A stretch of 64,000 nucleotides of DNA from the human T2T-CHM13v2.0 reference genome, Homo sapiens, in assembly GCF_009914755.1 (NCBI RefSeq), contig NC_060947.1; one strand, given 5' to 3'. The notes under the pieces are model-generated. The model had not been told where the DNA came from, made no database searches, and worked only from the letters and a program-made list of their open reading frames with translations. A program made the position numbers and the translations under genes. This document shows, one piece after another, positions 14,330 to 26,384 of this stretch. The first letter of the stretch is position 1; each line of letters begins with the position of its first letter.

Positions 14330-15688
14330 TGGGCTTCTGCTTTCAGTCCTACTAAGAATAACTAGAAAATGGTTGTTTAAAATTTTTAAAAGTCTCTGTA
14401 AAGGCATAGAAAGCTGCTGAAGCAATCAGCATTGGAGGGGCCAAGATTTCAAAGAAGGTTGAACCACTGAAAGGAGAGCTACATTTTCCCCGTGGGCTTT
14501 GGCAAGTTTGGGGTGTATAGTTAGAGATTGAGAATCTGGGCTTTGGCCAGACAGAGGGCCACTGCTGGGGAATACGGGAAAAACAGAACTTTTGATGGTT
14601 ATTGAGGGCTGGGTTGAGAGGCCAAGACCCCAGTGAAAGGGAAAGGAAAAAAAAAAGAATATGACACATGTCGAGTGTTTTTTGATGAGACTAAGAAGCT
14701 AAGCAGGAAGCCTCGAGAAACAGTAGCATTTTGGGCAGTCTCACTATGCTGAGTAATGTAAGGATTTGATTTTAATATCTGCCAGGAATAAGAGCCCCAT
14801 TGAACACACAAGATTATCAGATGATAGCTCTGAAAGGTAATGCCTTAGGAGCAGGGACCAGGGGCTTTACCAACATTGAACCTGACCTTGATTCAGCTTA
14901 GTCACTGATTTGGTAAAGGTGATCTGCCCCTACTTGATCTGCCTAACAGAGAAAACAGTAAATTCTCTCTGAGGGAAGATAGCATCATCTGGAGCCTTTT
15001 AAATTATTTATACACAATTGGATGGCATTCATTGAAAACTTTCTAGGAAATATAAGAGATGAGGCCATATGACTGAAAACCTAGAAGGAAAAAAACAGAC
15101 AATAGGAAAAAACCCATGGGTGATCCGAATATATAAGTTAGCAGACAATGCATTTCTAACAACTATATATTCAGATAATAGAGGAAAGATGGTGAAAAGA
15201 AATATAAAAAAGGAAAATTTAATCCAATAATTGGAATCTATAAGTAATCAAATAGAAATTCTAAAGTTAGAAAAAAACCCTAAAATCTCAATAGATGTGT
15301 TTAATGGATGATTGTACACAACAGAATAGAGGATTAGTAAACTAGAAGACACGTTAGAGTAAAGTATTTAAACTGAAGCACATAGAGAATTAACTAATAG
15401 AAAAGTAAGAGTATAATAGACAGGTGAGATATAAATAAAAGGTTTAACATAGTTTTAATTGGAGTTCCAGAATAAAAAGGGAGGAAGGGAAAATGAGCAG
15501 TGACGATATATGAAGACACCGTGAATTTTCCAAATCTGATGAAAGGCATCAACTCACAGATTCAAGAAGGTCTGTCAACCCCAAGAAGGATAAGTGCAAA
15601 GAAAATACACCTAGGCCCATCATAATAAGACTTTTGTAAACAAAGAAAAGGAGAAAAATCATAAAGGCATCCAGGAGAAAAGAAACAT
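14330..15688 (+). mobile_element. Old L1M 5'UTR/ORF1 fragment
   Basis: Degenerate ORF1: aattggagttccagaa..aattttccaaatctgatgaaaggcatcaactcacagattcaagaag..cacctagg. Confidence 0.7.
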
Positions 15689-16196
15689 TGTAGTTGGCTG
15701 AATAATGGCCACCCAATAATATCAGATCCTAATCCTGGAACATGTGAGTGTTACCTTATAAGGTAAGAGTTTTTGCAGATATGATTATGTTAAGGATCTG
15801 AAAAATGGAGAAATTGTTCTGAATTATCTAGGTGGGTCCCAAATCCAATCACAAGTGTCCTTATAAAAGGGAGGCAGAAGGAGATTTCTCATACACACAA
15901 CAAAACAACAACAACAACAACACACACACACACACACGAGAAGGTGATGTGATGACAGAGGCAGTGAATGGAGTGATGCAGCTGCAAGCAAAAGAACTCC
16001 AAGGCATTCTGGCAGTCAGCGGAAGATAGAAGAGACAAAGAACGGATTCTCCTTTAGAGTTTCCAGAGGGAGAATAAAGTTGCCAACATCATTTATACAG
16101 ACTTCTGGCATACAAAACTGTGAGAGAATACATTTCTGTTGTTTTAGGCCCCCAAGTTGTAGTAATTTGGTACAGCAACCACAGGAAACTAATACA
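15689..16196 (+). mobile_element. MaLR solo LTR (MLT1C-like) containing a (CAA)n(CA)n microsatellite
   Basis: tgtagttggctgaataatggcc..gcagatatgatt..aactgtgagagaatacatttctgttgtttta..aggaaactaataca. Confidence 0.85.
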
Positions 16197-16244
16197 ATAA
16201 TGACAAGAATGACATTTGATTTAACAGCAATTTTGGAAGATAAA

Positions 16245-16420
16245 GAATAGAATCCTCACAACCATCCTATGAAATGAATCCTCCACCATTTCCGCATTAA
16301 GTTTAGAAAACTGAGGCTCGGAGACTCAAGTGACTTATCCAAGGATCACATGGCGGAGACGGGATTCAAGGTCAGGCCCGTCTTATTCAAAATACTATTT
16401 TTTTTTAAACGTACTCACCA
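16245..16420 (-). mobile_element. MIR
   Basis: aatcctcacaaccatcctatga..aaactgaggctcggaga..aagtgacttatccaaggatcaca. Confidence 0.75.
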
Positions 16421-16429
16421 TCGTATATA

Positions 16430-16860
16430 GCTTTTCATACTCCTTGGCATGGTATATAATCCTTCTGGGTTTGGTTCCTTCCTGCCTCTTCTGTCTTATC
16501 TCTCACCACATCTTCTTTCAGACTCTGTAGCCTATCATTGCTGAACTCCCTGGGATTCCTGGTGTCTTTGCTCTCTGCTTGGAATTTTCTTTCCATACCC
16601 TACTTCCACACACCATCACTTGGCTAACTCCAACTTGTTCTTGGAATTCAGCTTAAATGAGAACTTTCACTCAGAACGCCTTTCTCTATGCTTCAAGATT
16701 TAGTTAGATGTCTCTCTGTCCTCCCACAATCTCCTATTTTCATCTTTATCACAATGCCAATCTTCCTTATTAGACTGGAAGCTCCTTGAGGCCAGGGGTC
16801 ATGCCCAGAATGATACTTGGTACAGAGTGGGCACTCAGTAATTGCTGAATGAGTGATACA
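16430..16860 (+). mobile_element. L2 3' end
   Basis: tagactggaagctccttgaggccaggg..tggcactcagtaattgctgaatgagtga. Confidence 0.75.
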
Positions 16861-17695
16861 TGGCTTTTCAGAATTGTGGTGGTGGAAAGCACTGAGTTTT
16901 AAGCCACATTTGTCTGATAATTAGAATAAGGGTAAATTTGTAGTTGGAGGGATATTTGGAACAGCATGAGGTATGTCTGGGATAGGTGGTGATTTTACCT
17001 TATTACTTTCCCCTTGTGTCACAAGCCTCCATGGAGCTTGCTCTAGTTTCTTCAGGTGGTTAGGTAGAACATGCTCCCATCCTGGTCCTGTTACAGGCGC
17101 ACAGAGAATTTAAATTTAATTTTTTTTAAATCCTAAGTTATGAAGAACTCTTGGGTTGAATTATCACTTGGTGCCCAATACCATGCAGACTCATTACTCT
17201 CCCTTCCAGTTGTACATACGTGACTGCAAACTCCAAATATTGTGACCATAGTTTTCCCGCTAAATTTGGACAGTTGGTTGGGGTCAGCTTCCAAAGCTCA
17301 TATATGTGTCAGAGATACAAAGACATAAGAAGTGATTATAAAATACAGGATCGGGAAAAAGTTAAATAAACCTTTGCTGGTACTCCAAACCTGAGTTTCT
17401 TCAGCCAAAACTACAGTAGGAAAGATAATGTGGTTCCTTGAGGAAGTGCCACAGGCAGTAGAATGTTAGAGCAAGTAGAATATCAGGTTGCTCTTTTCAA
17501 TACCTAGTCTCCACAGATGGCCCTCAATAAGCCACTCTTCCTGCTCTTTGCAACCTAGTGTTGTCTCTCTCCACATTGACTCTAGGGTGGCCTGCGACTG
17601 TCAATAACAAATATAATGCAACAGAAATGAAGTTGTGAGAGTTCTAATCCTATTATTTAAGAGGACTGACAGTTTTCACTCCCTGTCTTTTATGA

Positions 17696-18332
17696 CAGGG
17701 GTCCCCAACCCCAGGCCATAGACTCAGGGTGAGCCATGGGCAGGCAAGCATTGCCACCTGAGCTTTGCGTTCTGTCAGATCAGTGGGCAGCATTAGATTC
17801 TCATACGAGCTTGAACCCTATTGTGAACTGCACATGTGAGGGATCTAGTAGGTTGTGTGCTTTTCCTTTTTTTTTTTTTTTTTTTTTTGAGATGGAGTCT
17901 TGCTCTGTCACCCAGGCTGGAGTGCAGTGGCATAATCTCAGCTCATTGAAACCTCTGCCTCCTGGGTTCAAGTGATTCTTCTGCCTCACCCTCCCGAGGA
18001 GCTGGGACTACAGGCATGCGCCACCACACCTGGCTAATTTTTGTATTTTTAGTAGAGATGGGGTTTCACCATATTGGCCAGGCTAGTCTCGAACTCCTGA
18101 CCTCATGATGCATCTGCCTCGGCCTCCCAAAGTGCTGGGATTACAGGCATGAGCCACCAGGCCCAGCTGGTTGTATGCTCTTTATGAGAATCTAACTAAT
18201 GCCTGATGATCTCAGGTGAAACAGTTTCATCCCAAAACCATCCCCCCAACCCCCCCTCCCCCTACCCCATGCCATGGAAAAATTGTCTTCCACAAAACGG
18301 GTCCCTGGTGCCAAAAAGGTTGGGGACTACTG
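17696..18332 (+). mobile_element. MER1B (hAT-Charlie), interrupted by an Alu
   Basis: TIR caggggtccccaacccc ... ggtccctggtgccaaaaaggttggggactactg; interior matches recalled MER1B. Confidence 0.9.
17867..18168 (-). mobile_element. AluS inserted in MER1B
   Basis: TSD ggttgtRtgct (17851-17861 / 18169-18179). Confidence 0.95.
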
Positions 18333-18334
18333 TT

Positions 18335-18687
18335 CCTTTCTTGGCACCAGGGACCCCGGTTTTGTGGAAGACACTTAGACAATTTTTCAATGGACAGGAT
18401 GGAGTGAGGGTGGGGATGGTTTCAGGATAAAACTGTTCCACCTCAGATCATCAGGTATTAGATTGTCATAAGCAGCGAGCAACCTAGATCCCTCACATGT
18501 GCGGTTCACAATAGTTCACAATAGGACTGGTGCTCCTGTGAGAATCTAATGCTGCTACTGATCTGACAGGAGGCAGAGCTCAGGCTTTAATGCTCACTGG
18601 CCTGCTGCTCATGTCCTGCTGTGCTGCCTGGTTTCTAAGAGGCCATGGACTGGTATGGGTCAGCAGCTCGGGGGTTGGGGACCCCTG
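18335..18687 (-). mobile_element. Second MER1B, inverted, inner TIR clipped
   Basis: Reverse complement of MER1B ending ggggttggggacccctg. Confidence 0.9.
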
Positions 18688-20681
18688 TTTTAGAACACTT
18701 GCTTTGGGAAGCCCTGAAAGAATTCTGGTTCCCCTGCTGGAGAGACCATGTCAAGAGGAGAGCTCCTGAGACTATATGTAAATAAAGAGAGGGCCAGCCA
18801 TCTCAGATTCCCAGTTGAGCCTCTGGATGACTCCAACTGCCATCTAACTACACTGCCTGAGTGAGATCAGCAGAAGAAATTTCTGGCTGAGCCCAGTCAA
18901 TCCACAGAATAGTGAAACAAAACAGATTTATGTTTAGCCATTAAATTTTGGAGTAGTTTGCTAGGTGACAATAGATCATAGAAACACTCTTTTTCATGAC
19001 TGCCTCATACCCTACACTATGAGATAGGGTAACAGAAATCTGATTTCCAAACTTTCCTGAACCCACAGGCCAGCTTTACTTGTCAGAAACCTGTTCATCT
19101 CTCCATGGAAAAGACATAGCTCCTGAATCATCCACACTTCTGTGTGAAGCAAGCCTCAGTACATCTTCCTAAAAGATAGTATTCCAAGTCTCTTGAGTTG
19201 TGCATGAAAAGCTTCAGTCCCAGACCTTGACATTTCTGGTATCAAAAAGCAGGTGTGAAAACTCTTTGGATGACTCATAATCAATCATCCAAATGGGTGG
19301 CCTCCTCCCTCTACGTGCCTGCCTGTCCAGAAGCAGATAACTGCTCAATGGTATTGCCTTTCTAGGGAACCATATCCACCCACCACCATCATAAACCCTT
19401 AGAAGTCTTGGTTTCACTCAAAAATTCTCACATATGAATACATGATGTCATCCTGAGGTTTGCATCAGACTGAGTTCAGATTGCATATTTTTCCACAAGC
19501 ATCATTCTGCTGCAAAGTTAGAAGATGTATTGCTGCTGGCTTTATTTACTTATTTTTGTTTCCTTGACAAGAGTTCTGCTTCAACAGGTCCTGTGAAAAC
19601 ATTAATTTATGGCTATAATAATTTCGAATAATATTCTGGAGATAGCTGGTAGGCATATTATCCAAGAAGACCACTTTTATATAGTGACCTTCCTTGCATT
19701 GTTTTATTTAGAATGCACATCTTTATTTTTATAAATACAGCCAACTCAATTATCTAGGTTACCGAAAGGGCAAAGTGGTGCAAATAATCTAAAACGCTGG
19801 GGCGAAGGTCATTTGTATTTGTTTTGCGAATGTATTATAGTTTATTTTTCCAGCAGCAGCAGGTGTTCCTAATTATGGTTTTCTTTAGGCTAATACTGGA
19901 ATTAGCTGACACACTCTGAGTGTGTGTGTATATATATATATAGAATATGATATATAAAAAACATGTTGGGTAACTGAGCAGGGAGAACCGACCCAAGACT
20001 CAAGCTGTTTGATGTACAATTTGCCTGCAAAGTCTTAATTTTTTTTTTTTTGGTAACTTACCTGTCAGATTTCACACATTAAATGAGAACTGTTCCTCAC
20101 CTTGATGGGCTGCATACCAACTCTAAAGACGCCATAATTTTTCTGACATTCTCAAAATTTCTATTTGTGATTTACCTCCTTTTCCTCAGTCATGGGAGAA
20201 TCTGGGCTTCTGTATCAGCCTGTTCATTGCAACGTCTGTCCCTGAAGGACTTTGGGGGCTGGGAGGAATGCACTGGGATCAGAATGAGACTGCAGGGCTT
20301 CAGCCACCATCTGTATCTTTGACTCCCAAATTCATATCCCTAGCCCAGACCTCCCTCCTGAACTCAAGTGGTGTATACATCTTCCTATTTATCTCCCCCA
20401 GAATGTTCCACAGGACCTTCAGCTGAACTCCTCTTCCTTACTCCTTTCAGAATCTCCACCTCCTCCTATGTTCATTACATCAGTGGCTGGTACCATTATC
20501 CATCCAGTCCTCAAACTATGAATTCAGGAATCATTCTTGCCTTCTCCGTCTCCATTCTTCCTCACATTCTTCAGTTCTTGCTGATTTTACTCCCTTATTT
20601 TCGCTTGTGTCTGCTTACCTGTTTCCATCCTCACTTCCACTCAGACCAAACACCTATCACCTCGTCTGTTCCACTAAAACA

Positions 20682-20960
<279 letters not shown>

Positions 20961-21533
20961 TCACTCAGACACTTCATAACTTGCTTTCTTGCATCAAATC
21001 TTGCTCCCTGCCCCCATCTATCCTCCACAGAGCAAAGACACAGAAGGGTTGTTCTGATACCTATATCTCAAGTCACTCCTGTGCTTAAAATCCCGAATGT
21101 CTTCTCATTGCCCTTAAGGTAAAGTGCAAAACTGTTACCTAGCCTACAAAAGTCCTGCTCAAATATGACCCCTGCCAACAGTTATGTCTCTTTTCCCTTG
21201 GGTCTCCCCACTTTCCTCCCTTGCTTCTCCCCACCTCAACCATGCTCTAGTTTTTTCTGTCTTAGCACATGCCAGGCTCTCTAGTCTCTGGGCCTTTGTG
21301 GGGAGCTTTCCCTCTACAGTTTCCTTTCACTTTCCTCTTCATCTGGCTAAATCCTCCTCATTCTTCAGATCTGGATAAAAGTGTCACCAGCTCAGAACAA
21401 TTTTCTCTGACCACCCCCCAGACTTTTAGGTCTCTGTTTCATGCTCTCCTAGTACCCCGGACTTCTTTGTAGCACTCCTCAGACTGTAAGTACCACAAGG
21501 GGTCAGGACAGGCATGTATTAATTCCCTGCTCA

Positions 21534-21890
<357 letters not shown>

Positions 21891-22579
21891 CTAAATGGCC
21901 GACTAAACAATGACCTCCTAATTGGTCTGCCTTCCTTCAGGGTCTTCCCTCCTGACCTATTTTATCCACTCTCAGCAGAGCGATCTCTAGGCCTAGAATC
22001 TAAGGTACAGCCCCAATCAAATCACTTTGGAGCTTAAAGAAAAGTCAGTTCTTGCCCTCACCTACCAAATGAAGTCTGAAGGCTTTTGTATGACATGACA
22101 TTAAGGTGTTCTGTAATCTGGTCCTAAACTACCTGACCAACCTTATTTGTCCATCTTGTTTTCTGCTTAGAAGAAACTCCAGATTCTAGTCAAATAGAAT
22201 TGCATGCTATTTCCTGCCAGTGCTTCACGTTTTCTAGCCTTTGTGCCTTTACTTCTGGTGATCCATCCTCCTGGCAAGCCCTCACTGCATTTCTGCCTAA
22301 GTCCCATCTCTCCTTCATGATCCTCCTTAAAAGTAATGTCCTCTCTGAAGCTTTTGCAATTCCCCCTGGCAGCTGAAAATGACCCCTGCTCCCTCTGAAC
22401 ATCCCAGCCCTTTCTACCTCCCTGTGGCATCGATCCTATTATGTGCACGCAAGGCTCATTCTCTACTAGACTGCAAACCACAAGGGAGAAGAGCTTGGTC
22501 ATTTCTGTATGACTGACAGGACTTGGGCAACACTAGAGGTTAGGGACCTGTTTGGAGGCCTACCATAAGTTTTATAACT

Positions 22580-22740
22580 TTGTACACAAAGTGTTTTCTA
22601 AGGACCAGCTGCTTAGATATCACCTGGGGGCTTGGTAGTAATTTACAATCTTGAGCCTACCAGATTTAGCAAATCAGAATCTGCATTTTAACAAGATCCC
22701 CAGGTGATCCACATGCACATTAAAATTTAAGAAGCAGTGC
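22580..22740. mobile_element. MER5A (hAT-Charlie)
   Basis: atcacctggg..aatcagaatctgcattttaacaagatccccaggtgat..tgcacattaaaattt.agaagca. Confidence 0.85.
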
Positions 22741-24010
22741 ACTGTTTTATTACACAAGGTAAGAGCATCCGTAAAAGAGGATAAACACCACATCTTGTAA
22801 TTCTGTGCTCTCAGACATGGTATCAACTTTCATATCAGCCGCACAGTGTGTGTTTCTCTGCTTTTGAATCACCAGCCCAATTTCCTTCCTGCTCTTAGTT
22901 TGGAACCTTCCCCTTCTTCAAAAACATGGAAGGATCCCTGTCTTGGTCAAGGGAACCCTTTCTCCTATGAGAAAGCTGTGGATGCACAAAGCTGGCCCCA
23001 ATCAGAAAGGGAGGTTATGATTCCTTACAGCTTGCCATAATTTATGTAGTCTCTGGCCAAGGTGTGAGTCAAGCCTCGTGTCCTCTGTTAAACATCAGTG
23101 CAAGAATGCCACGGAATGATGTCAAGTGAGCTTTTGAGCTAACCACTCCTAGAAACATCTGGCGCTGGCAGAGGATCATGACTATGAATACAGAGGAAGG
23201 GAACACTTGAGCAATTTGAATTAATCACAGTTTTAAGTGTCTTGTACAAAATGTTTTTATGTTTTGATCTAAATAGGCAAACAACTAAGCAATGCTTTCC
23301 TAGGTTTTAGAAGAGAGGTAAAGATCCCATTGAAATGACTTTTTTCCCTCTGCACTTTCTCTTTCCTCACATCATTCGAACAAGAATAACCTTCTCTTCT
23401 TCCCTAGGGCTCCCTTAATTATTAACACAGCTGTGCATGGTGTTCAGCGCCCACCTTGTCTGTAGATGCTGATAGGTCCTGTAAAACATATTATCTCGCT
23501 TCTTTACAGTACACTGCAGAGAAACTTGATAATTGGAAAAACCCTCAAGTTCAGGCAAAGCAGCTAAAACTAGAAGTGGCAGAACCTGCTGCTTTTGCCT
23601 CAGGCATATATTTGCTGCTAAATCACTGCTCCTAAAAACTCCTCTCATTTGAGCTCCTTGGCTTCTAATCAGAACCACACCCAGAGTGAGACAGGAGTGG
23701 TTTCAGACTAGCTTCTGTCTGACACTGGGAAAGAAAAATAAAACTGTCTTTCTGCCACTGAAGTAACAGAAAAATAAGGGCTTGCTGGCAACCTCCGTGT
23801 CACAGGCCTCTGACTGCATTTAATCAGAAATGTCTATTGTTGAATTGAGCTTTGCTGGCCAAAGAAATAACTGTTTTGAATTAGAAACTGAAAGATGATG
23901 AACAGGCCACTGATGGAAGCTATTCTTCCCCTGAGAAAGTTGTCCCTAGACGAGATTGTGAAATAGACGCATTTCACATTTTCTCTTAAACTGTCTCTCC
24001 ATTTGCTGGG

Positions 24011-24283
24011 TGTATCAGTTAGGGTTCTCTAGAGAAACAGAATCAATAGGATATATATAAAGTGGGGGAGGGAAGGGAGAAAGAGAAGGAGAGAGATTGA
24101 TTTAGAGTTGGCTCATATGATTTTGGGAATTGGCAAATTCAAAATTTGTAGGGCAGACCAGGAGCTGCAAACTCAGGCAAGAGTTGAAATCACGATTTTG
24201 AGTTAGAAATTCTAGGGCAGGCCAGCAGGCTAGAAACTCAGGCAAGATTTCTATGTTACAGACTTGAGGCAGAATTTCTTCTA
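24011..24283 (-). mobile_element. ERVL LTR (MLT2D-like), partial
   Basis: tgtatcagttagggttctctagagaaacagaa..agggcaggccagcaggctagaaactcaggca. Confidence 0.8.
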
Positions 24284-24400
24284 CAGTATACCAAGACAAT
24301 TCTGGCATTTCAACTTCATTTCGTATGGGCCACATTTTATTCAAAGTTTCATGCAACCGGTCAAACTACTAGACTGGGCTAGGGTCAACTGGTCTTACTG
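24284..24400 (-). mobile_element. ERV-L internal (gag-like) fragment abutting the LTR
   Basis: ORF 24102-24356(-) begins ..WPIRNEVEMPELSWYTVEE, resembling the ERV-L gag motif WPTxxExEMPxLPWxxVEE (recalled). Confidence 0.6.
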
Positions 24401-24989
24401 ACTGAAGGCTATGCAGGTTCAAAATTGTTGGTCTGGACCATAAGGAAACATGGTAGGGCTCCCTGTGAAATTAGAAAGCCAGGAAGGTTTAAAAGACAGG
24501 GGTATTTGTCTGACCACTCTAACTTGCACAGAAGGAGTCTCTGTGGCCATGTCAAGAGAGCCAAACTCTCAGATATCACATCCTTCAGGAGACGTCCATG
24601 ATAGGCAGTGACTCAAGAACTACTCTAAGGCCTTACTTTGCCTTTTAAGCCAAGACAGTTTGGCCCTCCCTGTTCTGTACTGCCCTATCCTGACTGACTG
24701 GCCATCCCCTCTGAATTAGAAGAGTACTTACTGGTCTTTTCTTCAATGCCTGCCGCTTGTCTGAAGCACAGTGACCCCACATCCTCTCTCCCAGCCACAT
24801 GCCTTTGTTGGCCTTCTGGTCATCCAGCATTCTGCATTGCAGTGTCCTGGACAGGCTTACCCTCTCCCTGCTCCCAAATAAGCTTGTTCTACCCTTCCAT
24901 GTGTTCAAACCTTGTTGCCAGCTCATGGAGCACTGGATATCTCTTTGACAAAGTGGAGAGGCAACATGGTATGAATAACTGATAATCTA

Positions 24990-25520
24990 CTTATATTTAT
25001 TTATTCAATCAACAAATAGGTACTTTAGTGTATCAGGCCTTGTGCTAGAGGCTGGGAAGAAATAAGTAAATCTGACATAGTTCTTGCCCACAATGTACTC
25101 ATCATCTAGTTAAGGAGACAGACAAGCAGTTGAACACAAACAATTGCCATACAGTGTAAGAAGAATAATGGTAGAGGTATGTTTTGAGAACAGTTGTAGC
25201 AGAGAGAAAAAGTGAGTAACGCTTCATGGCCTGGGAGAGTGGAGAGGATTTCAGCTGCTTCCTGAGAAGTAAGTAGTAGTTCACCAAGTAAACAAGGCAA
25301 ATGAAACATGCCAGAGTGAGGTAACAGCAGGAGCAGAGGCACAGTTGTGTACTCATACACAGCTTATTGGAATAATGGAGACAAGTCAATCTAGTATGGC
25401 TACATATGACATGGTGCATGCCAGGGATTGGACATTTATGTAGGAGTAAAGCTCTGGTGTTCCGGGCAACTAACCTTGTACTTAATGCTAAGGGCAACAG
25501 AAAGCTATGGAAGTTTTTTC
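24990..25520 (-). mobile_element. L2 3' end, left part of the nest host
   Basis: ttattcaatcaacaaata..aggccttgtgctagaggctggg..catctagt..gggcaacagaaagctatggaag. Confidence 0.75.
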
Positions 25521-25524
25521 TTTT

Positions 25525-26384
25525 CTTCTTCTTTTGTACTAACAGCTTTACTGAAGTATAATCCACATTCCATACAATTCACATAAAGTATACAATTCAT
25601 GGTTTTAAGTATACTCACAAAGTTCTGCCATTATCACCACTGTCTAATTCCAGAACATTGTCATCACTCCAAAAATAAGCCTTATACAGTCACTCCTCAA
25701 CTTACGATAGGGTTACATCCTCAACCCACTATAAGTTGAAAATTTCATAAGTTGAAAATGCGTTTAATATACCTAACCTACTGAACATCATAGCTTAGCC
25801 TAGCCAACCTTAAACATGTTCAGAATACTCACATTAGCCTACAGCTGGGCAAAATTATCTAATACCATGCCTATTTTATAATAAAGTATTGAATATTGCA
25901 TGTAATTTATTGAACACGATACTGAAAGTAAAAAACAGAGTGGTCGTATTGGTGCTCAAAGAATGGTGTCTATTGAATGTGAATCTCTATTGCACTGTTG
26001 TGAAGTTGAAAAATAATAAGTCAAACCATCATAAGTTGGAAACTATCTGTACTAATTACCATCCACCCCCCATACCCATTACCTTCCAGCCACTGGCAAC
26101 TACTAATCTATTTATACATTTATATATTTGCCAATTATGGACATTTCATATGAATGGCATCAAACAATGTGTGATCTTTTGTGACTGGCTTCTTTCATTT
26201 AGCATGTTTTCAAGGTTCATCCATGTTGTAGTATGTATCAGTACTCTATCCCTTTTCATGCCCAAATGATATTCCATTGTATGGATGTACAACATTTCAT
26301 TTATCCATTTTATCAGCTGATGGAAATTTGGTTGTTTATACTTTTTGGCTCTTATGAATAATGCTGTTATAAACATTTTTACAA
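25525..26384 (-). mobile_element. L1MB-class 3' end, left part; continues at 31974-33630
   Basis: aacagctttactgaagtataat..ggacatttcatatgaatgg..tttgtgactggcttctttcatttagc. Confidence 0.85.
25687..26049 (+). mobile_element. MER47A-like (TcMar-Tigger) non-autonomous element
   Basis: cag..ctcctcaacttacgat ... atcataagttgg..ctg TIRs, flanked by TA; interior aacatcatagcttagcctagcc. Confidence 0.85.

Larger units (their letters stand above)
17500..18985 (+). mobile_element. MaLR LTR (MLT1G/H-like) split by the MER1B dimer
   Basis: Left part to 17695; resumes at 18688 (ttttagaacacttgctttggg..gctgagcccagtcaa..aattttggagtagtttg). Confidence 0.7.

Noticed and set aside
23385-23410. Plus-strand splice acceptor (ccttctcttcttccctag|g)
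   Set aside because: No convincing downstream donor or reading frame; such tracts arise by chance.
24135-24255. Internal direct repeat (agggcag.ccag..aaactcaggcaaga twice)
   Set aside because: As recalled, an intrinsic feature of the MLT2D LTR consensus.
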